A stretch of 64,000 nt of DNA from assembly GCA_964252075.1 (NCBI GenBank), contig CAXULY010000001.1, forward strand, positions 119,549-183,548. Reading direction: 5' to 3'. Of this stretch, positions 23,118-33,978 are shown one piece after another (the stretch's first letter is position 1; every line of letters starts with the position of its first letter). Under the pieces are notes generated by a model. It searched no databases and was not told the origin of the DNA. It worked only from the letters and a program-made list of their open reading frames with translations. A program made the translations under genes and the position numbers. This DNA comes from an uncultured Deinococcaceae bacterium (GTDB lineage Bacteria; Deinococcota; Deinococci; Deinococcales; Deinococcaceae).

Positions 23118-24113
23118 ATGTACGACCCGTCCATGCGGGTGCTGACCGTACTGGAACTGCTCCAGGCGCGCGAACGCGTGACCGGACCGGAACTCGCGCG
23201 GCGCCTCGAGGTGAGCCCCCGCACCGTGCAGCGCTACGTGGCGCGCCTGCAGGACCTCGGCATTCCCGTGCAGGCCACGCGCGGCGTGGGCGGCGCGTAC
23301 CGCCTGGCGCCCGGCTTCCGCCTCCCACCACTCATGTTCAGCGACGATGAAGCGCAGGCACTCGCGCTCGGCCTGCGCGCCTTGCGCCACCTCGGCCTGA
23401 ACACCTTCGCGCCCGCGGCGGAAGGCGCGACCGCCAAGCTGGAACGCGTCCTGCCGCACGCCGTGAGTGAACGCGTGCGGGACGTGGAAGGCGCCGTGCA
23501 ACTCACGCCCTCCCCCTGGACGGTCGAAACCGACAGCGCCACCCTCGCCCTGCTCGCGGGCGCCGTGCGCGCCCGGCGCGCCGTGGCCTTCACGTACCGC
23601 GCCTCCCGGAGCGCCCCCACCGAGCGTGAAGTGGAACCATACGGCCTCGTGCACCTCGATGGCCGCTGGTACCTCGTGGCCCGCTGCCGGGCGCGCGACG
23701 CGCTGCGCTCCTTCCGCCTGGACCGCCTCGCCGCACCACACCTCCTGCCCTCCTGCTTCACGCCGCCCGACGGTTTCGACGCGCGCGCGTACCTGGACGC
23801 CAACCTGCCGTTCGCGTGGGCGATCCACCGAATTGAGGTGTGGCTGGACCTGCCGCTCGCGGCGGCGAACCAGCGGGTGCTGCCCAGCCGCGTGCTGCTG
23901 GAGGAGGAAGGCGGCGGCACGCGCCTGACCTGCTCACGCGACGAGCTGGACGGCTTCGCCTCCATGCTGCTCGGCCTCGGCTGCGCCTTCACGGTCCGGG
24001 AGCCCGACGACCTGCGCGCGGCCCTCCAGCGGCTCGCGGAGCGCGCCCTCCAGGCGGCGCGCCCCAAGGCTGAGGATGCGCCCGACACCGTGCTCCAGGC
24101 AGACGGAAGGTGA
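23118..24113 (+). CDS. HTH-WYL-WCX transcriptional regulator (YafY family), divergent from DinB gene
   Basis: ELARRLEVSPRTVQRY, GGAYRL, LPPLMF, EPYGLV..WYLVA, FRLDR. Confidence 0.92.
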   Translation: MYDPSMRVLTVLELLQARERVTGPELARRLEVSPRTVQRYVARLQDLGIPVQATRGVGGAYRLAPGFRLPPLMFSDDEAQALALGLRALRHLGLNTFAPAAEGATAKLERVLPHAVSERVRDVEGAVQLTPSPWTVETDSATLALLAGAVRARRAVAFTYRASRSAPTEREVEPYGLVHLDGRWYLVARCRARDALRSFRLDRLAAPHLLPSCFTPPDGFDARAYLDANLPFAWAIHRIEVWLDLPLAAANQRVLPSRVLLEEEGGGTRLTCSRDELDGFASMLLGLGCAFTVREPDDLRAALQRLAERALQAARPKAEDAPDTVLQADGR

Positions 24114-24517
24114 GGGCGGTGCAAGACCGCACGGTTTGTGCCTGGGCTGACACGCAACGGTGGCGAGGGGAGATGCCACCACCGTCGCTCACCCGCCAAG
24201 GGAACGACCTTCGGTCAAATGGCGCGCAACAGGTGCTCCAAGGCAACGCGTCGCGGCACATTCACATGTCCTGCGTCGCGTCGGTACTTACATCTAAGGG
24301 TCTCTTGCCGTGCTCTGGGTGCACTCAGGCTTGCGGGGGCGGCGGTGCGGGTCCGTTGGCCTCAACATCAAGCGCGACCCCGCGCCCTCAGCGGGTGCGT
24401 GATTCCTGACGGCGCACGCCATACCCTGCCGCCCGCTCCGGCCTGCCCCGCAGGCACCCGGGAGATCCACCGTGACCGCACCGCCGAGCGTCGGTCCGCC
24501 CACCCCGCGCCCTGCAC

Positions 24518-24895
24518 GTGACCTTGTGGGTCGTGCAGATGCTCCTGGCCGTTGTTTTCCTTCTGACGGGCCTCACCAAGCTCGTGACGCCCAAGGCGCA
24601 GCTTTCACGGCATGATGGCCTGGACGAACAGCGTGCCCACCGGCCTCATCCGTTTCATCGCCGTGGCGGAAATCCTGGGGGCCCTCGGCCTCATCCTTCC
24701 CGCCGCGGCGCACGTTCAGCCGCGCCTCACGCCGCTCGCGCGGCGGGCTTGGTGGTCGTGATGCTGCTCGCCACGGCCTTCCACCTGTCGCGCGGCGAGG
24801 GCGCCATGGCGCCCTTCAACCTGCTGCTGGGGGTGCTCGCTGCGTTCGTCGCGTGGGGCCGCAGCCGCCCCGCACCCATGCCGCCGCGCCGCTGA
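24518..24895 (+). pseudogene. DoxX-like membrane protein with two compensating frameshifts
   Basis: Ends are DoxX-like in one frame; the middle (MAWTNSVPTGLIRFIAVAEILGALGLILP..LTPLA) is in another frame at about 24610-24740. Confidence 0.75.
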
Positions 24896-24906
24896 CCGCA
24901 CGCAGC

Positions 24907-24942
24907 AAGTGGGGAGGCGGGACGCCGCCCGCCTCCCCACTT
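24907..24942. terminator. Hairpin between convergent genes
   Basis: AAGTGGGGAGGCGGG-ACGCCG-CCCGCCTCCCCACTT. Confidence 0.7.
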
Positions 24943-24949
24943 CACGCCT

Positions 24950-26203
24950 TTACTTCGTGCGGCCCGCGAGCAGGTCGTCCACCTGCTTCTGCGCGCGGTC
25001 CAGCGCGGTCTTCGCGGGCACCCGGCTCACCACGGCGTCCGTGATGGCTTTCCCGAGGATGTCGAAGCGAATCTGCTGCCACTGCGCGAGGCGCGGCTCG
25101 AAGTTCGCGTAGCGCGCCTGCTTCAGCACCGCCGCGTAATTCGGGGTGTCCGCGAGGTAGCTCGTGAAGGCGGGCTGGCGCGCCGCGAGGGTGTTGCTGG
25201 GCACGTACCCGGTGGCGGTCGCGAACAGGGCGCTGTTGCGCGGCGTCTCCGCGAACTGCAGGAAGCGCACGGCGAGCGCCTTCTGCGCGTCCGTCGCGCG
25301 CTTGAACACCACCACGTTCGTGCCCTGAATGACGGCCGTGCCGGGGTACCCCGCCTTCAGGCCGGGCAGGGTCGTGGCGCCCAGGTTGAACTTCGCGCCC
25401 TTCACCCAGAAGCCGTACCCGGCGCTCGTGTCGATCGCCATGCCGAAGGTGCCGCTCCCCAGCTGGTTGTTGATGAAGCCCTGCGTGATGGCGCGCGCCG
25501 CGCCGTCCCGCACGAGGCCCGCGAGGAGGTCCAGGGCCTTCACGGCGGTCGGGTCGTTCAGCGTGAGTTTGCCGTTCCCACCGTAGGTGCCGCCCATGCT
25601 GAAGTAGAACGCGCCGAAGGTGCTGGCGTCCGGCGTGAACCAGTACACGGGCGCGCCCGCCTTCTTGCTGAGGTCCCGCGCGGTCTGCGCGAAGCCCGCG
25701 AGGCTCGCGGGGACCTTCGCGCCGTACTTCGCGAACAGGTCCTTGTTGTAGTACAGCACCTGCACGCTCTTGTTGAAGGGCACGCCGTACAGGGCGCCGT
25801 CGAAGGTGTTGGCCTGCACGAACTCCGACTCCAGCCCGGCGGGCTTGAAGCCCAGCCGCGCGACGTTGTCCAGCTGACCCGCCGTGAGGTAATCCGCCAT
25901 GTTGTTCTCGTAGGCCTGCGCGAGGACCGGCACCTGACCGCTCGCGAACGCCGCCTTGAGTTTGGTGTTCAGGTCCGTGTAGTTGCCCTGGCTGACGGGC
26001 AGCACGCACTGCCCCTTGAGGGTCTTGTTGAACGCCACGGCGAGGCCCTCCACCGTGTCTTTCGGCGCGCCGCCCTGGAAGCCGTGCCAGAACTCCACGA
26101 CGGTCTTCGCGCCCGCGCACTGCTGCTTGAGGGTGTCGGCGTTGCTCTGCTGCGCGGCGGCCGCGCCAGCGAGCAGGAGGGCGGTGAGGGCAAGGGTGCG
26201 CAT
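24950..26203 (-). CDS. ABC transporter substrate-binding protein (sugar/glycerol-3-phosphate family 1)
   Basis: Signal peptide; VEFWHG, YGVPFNKSVQVLYYNKDLF, TGYVP. Confidence 0.88.
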   Translation of the reverse strand: MRTLALTALLLAGAAAAQQSNADTLKQQCAGAKTVVEFWHGFQGGAPKDTVEGLAVAFNKTLKGQCVLPVSQGNYTDLNTKLKAAFASGQVPVLAQAYENNMADYLTAGQLDNVARLGFKPAGLESEFVQANTFDGALYGVPFNKSVQVLYYNKDLFAKYGAKVPASLAGFAQTARDLSKKAGAPVYWFTPDASTFGAFYFSMGGTYGGNGKLTLNDPTAVKALDLLAGLVRDGAARAITQGFINNQLGSGTFGMAIDTSAGYGFWVKGAKFNLGATTLPGLKAGYPGTAVIQGTNVVVFKRATDAQKALAVRFLQFAETPRNSALFATATGYVPSNTLAARQPAFTSYLADTPNYAAVLKQARYANFEPRLAQWQQIRFDILGKAITDAVVSRVPAKTALDRAQKQVDDLLAGRTK

Positions 26204-26339
26204 ACCGGCGGATTATACCCTCCGGCGTGTCTGCTGCATTTCAGGGCCGCGCCGCTAGACAGTTGCGGGCGCGCGCCCTGCGACCGCCCGCTACACTGCG
26301 CACAGCGGGCGGGCGGGACGCCGGCCCTGGAGGTGACGC

Positions 26340-27746
<1,407 letters not shown>

Positions 27747-27754
27747 AGCGCAAA

Positions 27755-27788
27755 GGGAGGGGCGGCCCGCACGCGGGCCGCCCCTCCC
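27755..27788. terminator. Strong hairpin between convergent genes
   Basis: GGGAGGGGCGGCCCGC-AC-GCGGGCCGCCCCTCCC. Confidence 0.7.
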
Positions 27789-27798
27789 CTCTGTTCGC

Positions 27799-27838
27799 TC
27801 AGCGCCCCGAGGGCTTCTTCAGCGCCCCGAGGGCTTCT
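27799..27838. repeat. 20-bp perfect tandem duplication
   Basis: TCAGCGCCCCGAGGGCTTCT twice (27799-27818, 27819-27838). Confidence 0.9.
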
Positions 27839-28529
27839 GGTTCTGCGCGGGCGTGGACACCTGCTCCTTGCTGAGGTCCTTGCCGCTCTGACCTTGCGGT
27901 CCGCCCGTCATGCCGCTCGTCTGGCCGGACGGGGCGCTGCCGCCGGAGGCTTGCGCCTTGTCCTTGGCGTCACCCGCGGCCTGCTGCGCCTTGTCCTTGG
28001 CTTCCCCAGCCACCTGCTGCGCTTTGTCCTTCGCGTCGCTGGCCGCCTGCTGGGCCTGGCCCGCCACCTGCTGCGCCTTGTCCTTCACGTCGCTGGCCTT
28101 CTGCTGCACGTCGCGCTGGATGTCCGGCGCGGCCTGCTTGAGGTCCTCGCCGATTCCCTTCGCGGCGGCCGTGGCGGCCTCGCGCACGTCCTTGCCGTCC
28201 TTCACGTCGCTCACGGCGGTCGTGACGCGGCCCGCGACCTGCTGCACGGCGTCCTGCGCGCTGGGGCTCACCTGGCCCAGCCAGCCCATCACGCGGTCGC
28301 GCGCCGGGCGGTTCACGGCGAGGTACCCGACGCCCGCCGCGAGCAGGAGGCCCCAAGGGAAGCCGCGCTGCGAGGCGGCGAAACGCCGATCGAGCTTCGC
28401 GACGCGGGCGGTGAGCAGCGTCACGCCCTGCTGCAGTTCGCGCAGCTGCTTCTCGGTGCGGCGGTCCGCCAGCTTGTCACTCACGTTGTCTTTCAGGTCT
28501 GAAGCGCTCTCGATCATATTTCCGAACAT
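27819..28529 (-). CDS. LEA-like (group 3 type 11-mer repeat) membrane-anchored protein
   Basis: One hydrophobic segment (FPWGLLLAAGVGYL), then QQ(K/A/V)A(S/G)(D/E)(A/V)KDKA 11-mer repeats. Confidence 0.7.
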   Translation of the reverse strand: MFGNMIESASDLKDNVSDKLADRRTEKQLRELQQGVTLLTARVAKLDRRFAASQRGFPWGLLLAAGVGYLAVNRPARDRVMGWLGQVSPSAQDAVQQVAGRVTTAVSDVKDGKDVREAATAAAKGIGEDLKQAAPDIQRDVQQKASDVKDKAQQVAGQAQQAASDAKDKAQQVAGEAKDKAQQAAGDAKDKAQASGGSAPSGQTSGMTGGPQGQSGKDLSKEQVSTPAQNQKPSGR

Positions 28530-28749
28530 GTTGCCCTCGCTGTTTCTGCCGGGTGGCGCGCATTGCCCGCTCCACGCTTGTGTCTCCGGCTACCATTTCA
28601 CTGTGCGGGTGCGCTTGGTGTGATGGTGTCGGAATTGCTCAAGTCCAGGTAAAGTCGCCGTGCAAAACGCACCGCTGCGCTTTAGACGTCCTTTACCGGA
28701 AGACAACAAAGCGCGGCGCCATTTGGCGCCGCGCTTCTTCCTTCACAGT

Positions 28750-28860
28750 TCAGCGAAGCAGCAGACCGATCAGCAGCAGCAGCGCCAGGACGACCGTGAT
28801 GAACAGCAGGACGTGCGTGCCGTCCGGCTGGCCGGGCGCTCCCCGCTCGGGGGCGCTCAT
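28750..28860 (-). CDS. 36-aa single-TM small protein coupled to ddrA
   Basis: ATG overlaps ddrA TGA (ATGA); MSAPERGAPGQPDGTHVLLFITVVLALLLLIGLLLR. Confidence 0.55.
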   Translation of the reverse strand: MSAPERGAPGQPDGTHVLLFITVVLALLLLIGLLLR

Positions 28861-29459
28861 GCGGCCTGCCCGGCCGGCCGGAGGCTCGCGAGGGCGGCGC
28901 GCAGGTGCTTGTACACCTCGCGCTGCAGGTCGAGGTCCTCGGGCATCTCGTACTTGAGCTGCTCGATGGCCTGCACGAGGTGCGCGCCGCCGGGGCTGCG
29001 CTCGCCGTCGGGCCGCGCCCACTCGGGCAGTTCGGGCGCGCCGCCCTTCGCTTCGCGCTTCAGGTCGTCCCAGTCCACCCACTGGCGGGGGAGGTCGTAC
29101 AGGTAACGGCCGACGCCAAAGTGCACGGCGCAGCGTTTGAGGGCGTCGCTGGTGGCGGCCTTGAGGGTGCCAGCGCTCGCGCCGTCCTCGCCGCCCGCCT
29201 CGCCAATGTCCTCGCGGGTGACGCCCATGAGGGTCAGGCGGCCCTTCACGGTGGGGGTGGCGGTGCCCTCAACCACCGTGACCTCGAAGGACCATTCGTT
29301 GGGGCACACGGCGTCCAGGCGGTCCATGACCGCGCGGGCGTCCACGTAGGCGAGGAGCATGGCGCGCTTGCGGTCCTTGGTGATCACCTGGGGCTTCCAG
29401 CCGACGAGGTGAGCGGGAAACGGGGCCTGCAGTCGTTTCTGTACATCGCTCAGCTTCAT
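28857..29459 (-). CDS. ddrA: DNA damage response protein A (Rad52/22-like)
   Basis: MKLSDVQKRLQAPFPAH, LAYVDARAVMDRLD, VTREDIGE, SDALKRCAVHFGVGRYLYDLP; RDRM sites upstream. Confidence 0.93.
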   Translation of the reverse strand: MKLSDVQKRLQAPFPAHLVGWKPQVITKDRKRAMLLAYVDARAVMDRLDAVCPNEWSFEVTVVEGTATPTVKGRLTLMGVTREDIGEAGGEDGASAGTLKAATSDALKRCAVHFGVGRYLYDLPRQWVDWDDLKREAKGGAPELPEWARPDGERSPGGAHLVQAIEQLKYEMPEDLDLQREVYKHLRAALASLRPAGQAA

Positions 29460-29462
29460 GGA

Positions 29463-29479
29463 TTTAGTTTAAAACAGAA
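29463..29479. promoter_or_regulatory. RDRM (DdrO operator), proximal
   Basis: 17-mer TTCTGTTTTAAACTAAA on the minus strand immediately upstream of ddrA. Confidence 0.75.
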
Positions 29480-29484
29480 CGTCA

Positions 29485-29501
29485 TTCTGGTCAATACGTA
29501 A
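29485..29501. promoter_or_regulatory. RDRM (DdrO operator), distal
   Basis: 17-mer TTACGTATTGACCAGAA on the minus strand, overlapping a TTGACC -35-like hexamer. Confidence 0.85.
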
Positions 29502-29548
29502 CAATGAGGCGCAAGTAAGCCACCATACAGGATCGGCGCTGTGTCCCT

Positions 29549-30343
29549 CTACAGCGTCATCGCGAGGTCCAGCGCGTCCGCCAGGCCCCCCTCATCCACA
29601 TGACCCACGAAGTGGTTTGCCTCCGCGCGCGCCTCCGCGTCCGCATTCCCCATCGCCACCCGGTACGCCACCGCCTGCATCGCGAGCACGTCGTTGTGCC
29701 CGTCGCCCACCATCATCACGCGGTCCAGCGGCACGCCGTACGCGCCCGCCACCTGCCGGATGGCGCTGCCCTTGTCCACGCCCTCCCGCGTCACGCTGAT
29801 GAACATGGTGTCCGGCATGACCGGACTGCCCGCCGGGTGCAGCGTGAGGCCCTCGTGCGGCTCCGCCATCACGGCCGCCGCCTCGCTGCGCGGCACCACC
29901 CACTGCACCCGCACCACCTGACCCGCCAGAGACAGCAGGTCGCGCGTCTGAAACGGCAGCGCCAGCAGGTCCGCGTGCCGCCGCGCGAGGTCCGTGCCGC
30001 GCTCCACGGCGTAATCGTCGTCCGTGTACACCTCCAGCAGCCGCCCCGTCTGACGCGAGCGCTCCACAAGGTCCAGCAGCGCCTGCTGCGGGAACGCCGC
30101 GCTGCTCGACTCGCCCGTCCCAACGTTCACGATGCTCGCGCCGTTCTGGAAGATGTGCCAGCCCTGCGGGTCCAGCCGCACCGCGTACTCGCGCGTGAGC
30201 GACACGGCCGGGCGGCCCGAGCACAGCGCGAGGTGTATGCCAGCGGCGCGAGCGCGCTCCGCCGCCTGCCACACGCGGTCCGGCACCACGCCGCCCGTGC
30301 CCACCAGCGTTCCATCCACATCAATGCACACCAGTCCAAGCAT
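29549..30343 (-). CDS. Cof-type HAD-IIB hydrolase
   Basis: [32 protein letters not shown]. Confidence 0.92.
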   Translation of the reverse strand: MLGLVCIDVDGTLVGTGGVVPDRVWQAAERARAAGIHLALCSGRPAVSLTREYAVRLDPQGWHIFQNGASIVNVGTGESSSAAFPQQALLDLVERSRQTGRLLEVYTDDDYAVERGTDLARRHADLLALPFQTRDLLSLAGQVVRVQWVVPRSEAAAVMAEPHEGLTLHPAGSPVMPDTMFISVTREGVDKGSAIRQVAGAYGVPLDRVMMVGDGHNDVLAMQAVAYRVAMGNADAEARAEANHFVGHVDEGGLADALDLAMTL

Positions 30344-30375
30344 GCCCGGCAGCATACCCCGCGCGGCGCCATCAC

Positions 30376-31254
30376 TCAGTCGAGCTGACCCTCGCGTTCC
30401 ACCACGGCGCAGCCACCCACCCGCACGCCAGCCACGCGCTCCTGACTGAAGGTGAGCTCCACGCGCACCTCGCCGGGACTCCCCATGGCGTGCCCCTGGT
30501 AGCACACGCCCTCCGCGCGGTTCCCCGTGCGCGGCAGCGCGCCGCTCGCGCCGAGCAGCGCGATGAGCGCGCCGGACGCGCTGCCCGTTACGGGGTCCTC
30601 GGGGATCCCGACGAGCGGCGCGAAGTCACGCGCGGCGTAGGTGCGCGGACCCATGGGCGCGTAAGGGTGCAGGCCGCTCACCCCGAGTTCGCTGCTCAGG
30701 TCCCGGATGGCCGCCATGTCCGGCTCCAGGTGATCCAGGATGAAGCTGTCCAGCAGCGGCACGAACGCGCTCCACAGGCCGGTGCTGGCGCTCACCATCG
30801 GGAGCCCGCGGTGGATGAGGCGCGCGTCGATCCCAAGGGCCGCGGCGAGGGGGCCGCGCAGGTTGCGGTCCAGCGGGCGGAGTTCCAGTTCCCGCTGCCA
30901 CATCCAGATGTGCGGGAGTTGGGTGCCGTCCTGCTCCAGTTCGAGGGGGATGCGCCCCACTTGCGTTTCGAGTTGCACGCCTGCGCCGTCCCACTGCCCG
31001 CGCTGCGCGAGCATCAGGCCGAGCGCGATGGTGGCGTGCCCGCAGAACTCGATCTCCTGGGTCGGGGTGAAGTAGCGCACCCACACCACGCCGCCTTCCC
31101 GCTGCGTCACAAAGACGCTCTCAGGCGCGCCGATGCGGGCCGCGGCGCGCTGCATGTCGCTGTTGCTCATGCCGGCCGCGTCAAGCACCACGCCAGCTTC
31201 ATTGCCATGTCCGGGCGTTTCCGTGAACGCGCTGATCAAAACGTATCGCCGCAC
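30376..31254 (-). CDS. PhzF family isomerase
   Basis: [41 protein letters not shown] start 7 nt after TAAGCT. Confidence 0.9.
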   Translation of the reverse strand: MRRYVLISAFTETPGHGNEAGVVLDAAGMSNSDMQRAAARIGAPESVFVTQREGGVVWVRYFTPTQEIEFCGHATIALGLMLAQRGQWDGAGVQLETQVGRIPLELEQDGTQLPHIWMWQRELELRPLDRNLRGPLAAALGIDARLIHRGLPMVSASTGLWSAFVPLLDSFILDHLEPDMAAIRDLSSELGVSGLHPYAPMGPRTYAARDFAPLVGIPEDPVTGSASGALIALLGASGALPRTGNRAEGVCYQGHAMGSPGEVRVELTFSQERVAGVRVGGCAVVEREGQLD

Positions 31255-31299
31255 GCTCCTCAGCTTACGTCCAGGATGATGACAATGGGCCATTGATGG

Positions 31300-31340
31300 C
31301 AAAATATTCACGATTTGGCATCATCGTGAAACTATTCACT
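31300..31340 (+). repeat. Dispersed 41-bp asymmetric element, copy 2
   Basis: CAAAATA-TTCACGA-TTTGGCATCA-TCGTGAA-ACTA-TTCACT. Confidence 0.9.
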
Positions 31341-31359
31341 TAACCCTGTATTGGTGATG

Positions 31360-32640
31360 CTACTTCAGGCCGCTGCGCGCAATGCCCGCAATGAACTGCC
31401 GCTGCGCCAGAAAGAAGCCCACAATAATCGGCAGCACCACCAGCACGGACGCCGCCATCAGCTGCCCGTACTCCGTCCCCGCCTCGCCAATGAAGCTCTG
31501 CAGGCCCACCTGCAGCGTCCGCATCTCCGGCCTGTTGGTCACGATCAGGGGCCACAGCAGGGAGTTCCACGCGCCGAGGAAACCGAAAAGCCCGAAAGTT
31601 GTGAGGCCCGGCACCGCCAGCGGCAGCGCCACGCGCGTGAGCTGCTGCCCGTACGTCGCGCCGTCCAGCACTGCCGCCTCGAACAGCTCGGCGGGCAGCG
31701 ACAGGAAGAACTGCCGCAGCAGGAACATCCCGAACACGCTCGCGATCCACGGCACGATCAGACCTGCGTAGGTGTCTGTCCAGTGCAGGCGGTACACCGT
31801 CACGTAATTCGGGACGAGCAGCAGCTCGCCGGGAATCATGAGGCTCGCGAGGATCAGCGCGAACACCACCTCGCGCCCCCAGAAGGGAATGCGGGCGAAC
31901 GCGAAGGCCGCCATGCTGACCACCACGAGGCCCAGCACGGTCTGCGCGACCGCCGTGGCGAGGCTGTTCAGGAAGTACCGCCCGAACGGCGCGGCGCGCA
32001 GCGCGTCCCGGTAATTGCCGAGCACGTACCCCAGCAGGCCCGGCGCGGCGTTCTGCCACTCCAGTCGCGCGCCCGCGTCCTGCGCGCGCTCCGCGTCCGG
32101 CGGGAGGGACGACCGCACGTCCTGGAACCGGCGGTCCAGCGTGACGCGCAAGGGCACGTGATCCCAGGCGTCCGGGTTGCCCGCGTCGTTCGCGATGCGC
32201 GCGGCGTACACGGTGTCCGGACCATCCGTGCGGGCTTTTACCGCGATGTGCCCGTAATCCCCATAGGGGTCCGCATCGAAACCTGTCACGGGCGGAAAAC
32301 TGAAGGTCGGCGCTGGGAGGGGCGAGGCGGGCGTCCGCACGCGCACCTCGAAGGTCACCGCGCCGCCCGGCCGCACGCCGCCCCACCACGGGCTGCCCGC
32401 CTGCGCCCCGAGCGTCCACGCGGCGCCCCACGTGGCGGGCTTCAGGCGGTTCGGCACCCACACGGGCCGCGAGCTGAGGCTCTCCTTGCTGCTCTGCAGG
32501 CTCGTGGCGAGCATCCAGTAGAACGGCGCGACCATCAGCACCCCACCCAGCGTGAGCAGCACGTACAGCAGCGCGCGCGCGGGACGTACGCGCCACGAGC
32601 GGCGCTCCGCCGTGGGCACCGGCACGGTTTCAGAGGTCAT
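31360..32640 (-). CDS. Carbohydrate ABC permease (MalG/UgpE type) with large soluble insertion
   Basis: PFYWML, YFLNS, LRQFFLSLPAELFEAAVLDGA (EAA loop), WNSLLWPL. Confidence 0.9.
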   Translation of the reverse strand: MTSETVPVPTAERRSWRVRPARALLYVLLTLGGVLMVAPFYWMLATSLQSSKESLSSRPVWVPNRLKPATWGAAWTLGAQAGSPWWGGVRPGGAVTFEVRVRTPASPLPAPTFSFPPVTGFDADPYGDYGHIAVKARTDGPDTVYAARIANDAGNPDAWDHVPLRVTLDRRFQDVRSSLPPDAERAQDAGARLEWQNAAPGLLGYVLGNYRDALRAAPFGRYFLNSLATAVAQTVLGLVVVSMAAFAFARIPFWGREVVFALILASLMIPGELLLVPNYVTVYRLHWTDTYAGLIVPWIASVFGMFLLRQFFLSLPAELFEAAVLDGATYGQQLTRVALPLAVPGLTTFGLFGFLGAWNSLLWPLIVTNRPEMRTLQVGLQSFIGEAGTEYGQLMAASVLVVLPIIVGFFLAQRQFIAGIARSGLK

Positions 32641-33904
32641 ACGTCACCCGCCGCGCCAGCACGCGGTTCTGCCACAGCGTCACGGCGAACACGATCAGGA
32701 ACAGCAGGATCGCGAGCGCCGACGCGTAACTGAAGTTCCCGTCCCGGAAGCCCTTCTGGTAGATGTACCACACGATGGTGGTCGTGTCGTTCAGCACCCC
32801 CGCGCCATTGTTGGGCGCCATCACGAAGGTCTCCGTGAACACCTGGAAGGCCCCGATGAGGCCCGTGATGGTCAGGAAGAACGTGGTGGGGGACAGCAGC
32901 GGCCACGTGATGAAGCGCACGCGCTGCGCCCACGTCGCGCCGTCCATCTGCGCCGCCTCGTGGTACTCGGGCGGCACGCTCTGCAGGCCCGCCAGCATGA
33001 TGACCACGCCGTACCCGAGGTTGTGCCACACGCTCACCGCGATGATCGCGAGGAGTGCCACGCTCGGCCCCTGCAGCACCTCCGGCAGCGTCACGCCCAG
33101 CCTGCCCGCCAGGAGCTGAATCACCCCGCTGGGGTTCGCGAGCCACTCCTGCCCCGGCGTGTGCAGCACGCTGTTCAGCAGCCCGAAGTTCGGGTCGTAA
33201 ATCCAGCGCCACACCGCCGCGACCGCCGTGAGGGCCGTCACGTACGGCAGGAAGTACAGGGTGCGGAACACCCCCAGGAACCGCACGCGCTCGTTCAGCA
33301 GGATCGCCGTGAACGCCGCGAGAAAGATCGAGAGCGGCAGGCTGATGACCGTGAACCACGCGGAGTGCAGCAGCGCCCGCCAGAACTGCGGGTCGCGCGT
33401 AAGGGCAATCACGTAGTTCTGCACGCCCGCGAAACTCGCCTGCCGCACGAAGTTCACGTCGTCGAACAGCGACAGCCAGAAGGCGTACATGGCGGGCGCG
33501 AAGTGCCACAGCACCATCAGCGCGAGCGCCGGAAACACCAGCAGCCACCCCCACAGGTCCGCGCCCACCTGGCGCGGCACCCACGCGGGCCGCGCGGCGA
33601 GCCACAGGGCGAGCAGCACCACCACCACGCCGAACACCGCGCGCGCCCAGCCGCCCGCGAGGACACTCATGACCAGCGCGAGGACGGCGAGCGGCAGCGC
33701 CACCCGGAACCACCGCCCGCCGTCCATGAGGCGCGGACGCAGCGCCGCCGCCCCCACGAGCGCCGCAAGGCCCGCCACCACGAGCGCCGCGAGGGCCGCG
33801 CCGCCCGCCAGGAGCCGCACCGCGCCGAGCGCAGCGGCGGTCAGCGCCAGGTACCCACCGAGCAGGAACGCCAGCGCGCCCACGCGTGGCGGCAAAAAGG
33901 ACAT
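32630..33904 (-). CDS. Carbohydrate ABC permease (MalF/UgpA type)
   Basis: FRTLYFLPYV, LAGLQSVPPEYHEAAQMDGA, ITWPLLSPT. Confidence 0.9.
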   Translation of the reverse strand: MSFLPPRVGALAFLLGGYLALTAAALGAVRLLAGGAALAALVVAGLAALVGAAALRPRLMDGGRWFRVALPLAVLALVMSVLAGGWARAVFGVVVVLLALWLAARPAWVPRQVGADLWGWLLVFPALALMVLWHFAPAMYAFWLSLFDDVNFVRQASFAGVQNYVIALTRDPQFWRALLHSAWFTVISLPLSIFLAAFTAILLNERVRFLGVFRTLYFLPYVTALTAVAAVWRWIYDPNFGLLNSVLHTPGQEWLANPSGVIQLLAGRLGVTLPEVLQGPSVALLAIIAVSVWHNLGYGVVIMLAGLQSVPPEYHEAAQMDGATWAQRVRFITWPLLSPTTFFLTITGLIGAFQVFTETFVMAPNNGAGVLNDTTTIVWYIYQKGFRDGNFSYASALAILLFLIVFAVTLWQNRVLARRVTYDL

Positions 33905-33978
33905 GTTCACGAACAGGTATTCTAGCCACCCACGCGTCGGCCCCGCTTCAGCCGCCCAGGCGTGGCAATGAAGGCCGC

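Noticed and set aside
22555..24113. WYL regulator as marker of a defence island
   Set aside because: It is the common YafY-type regulator divergent from a DinB gene, and no defence genes are adjacent.
24114..24517. Atypical-composition stretch as an IS remnant
   Set aside because: No terminal inverted repeats or transposase motifs recognisable by eye.
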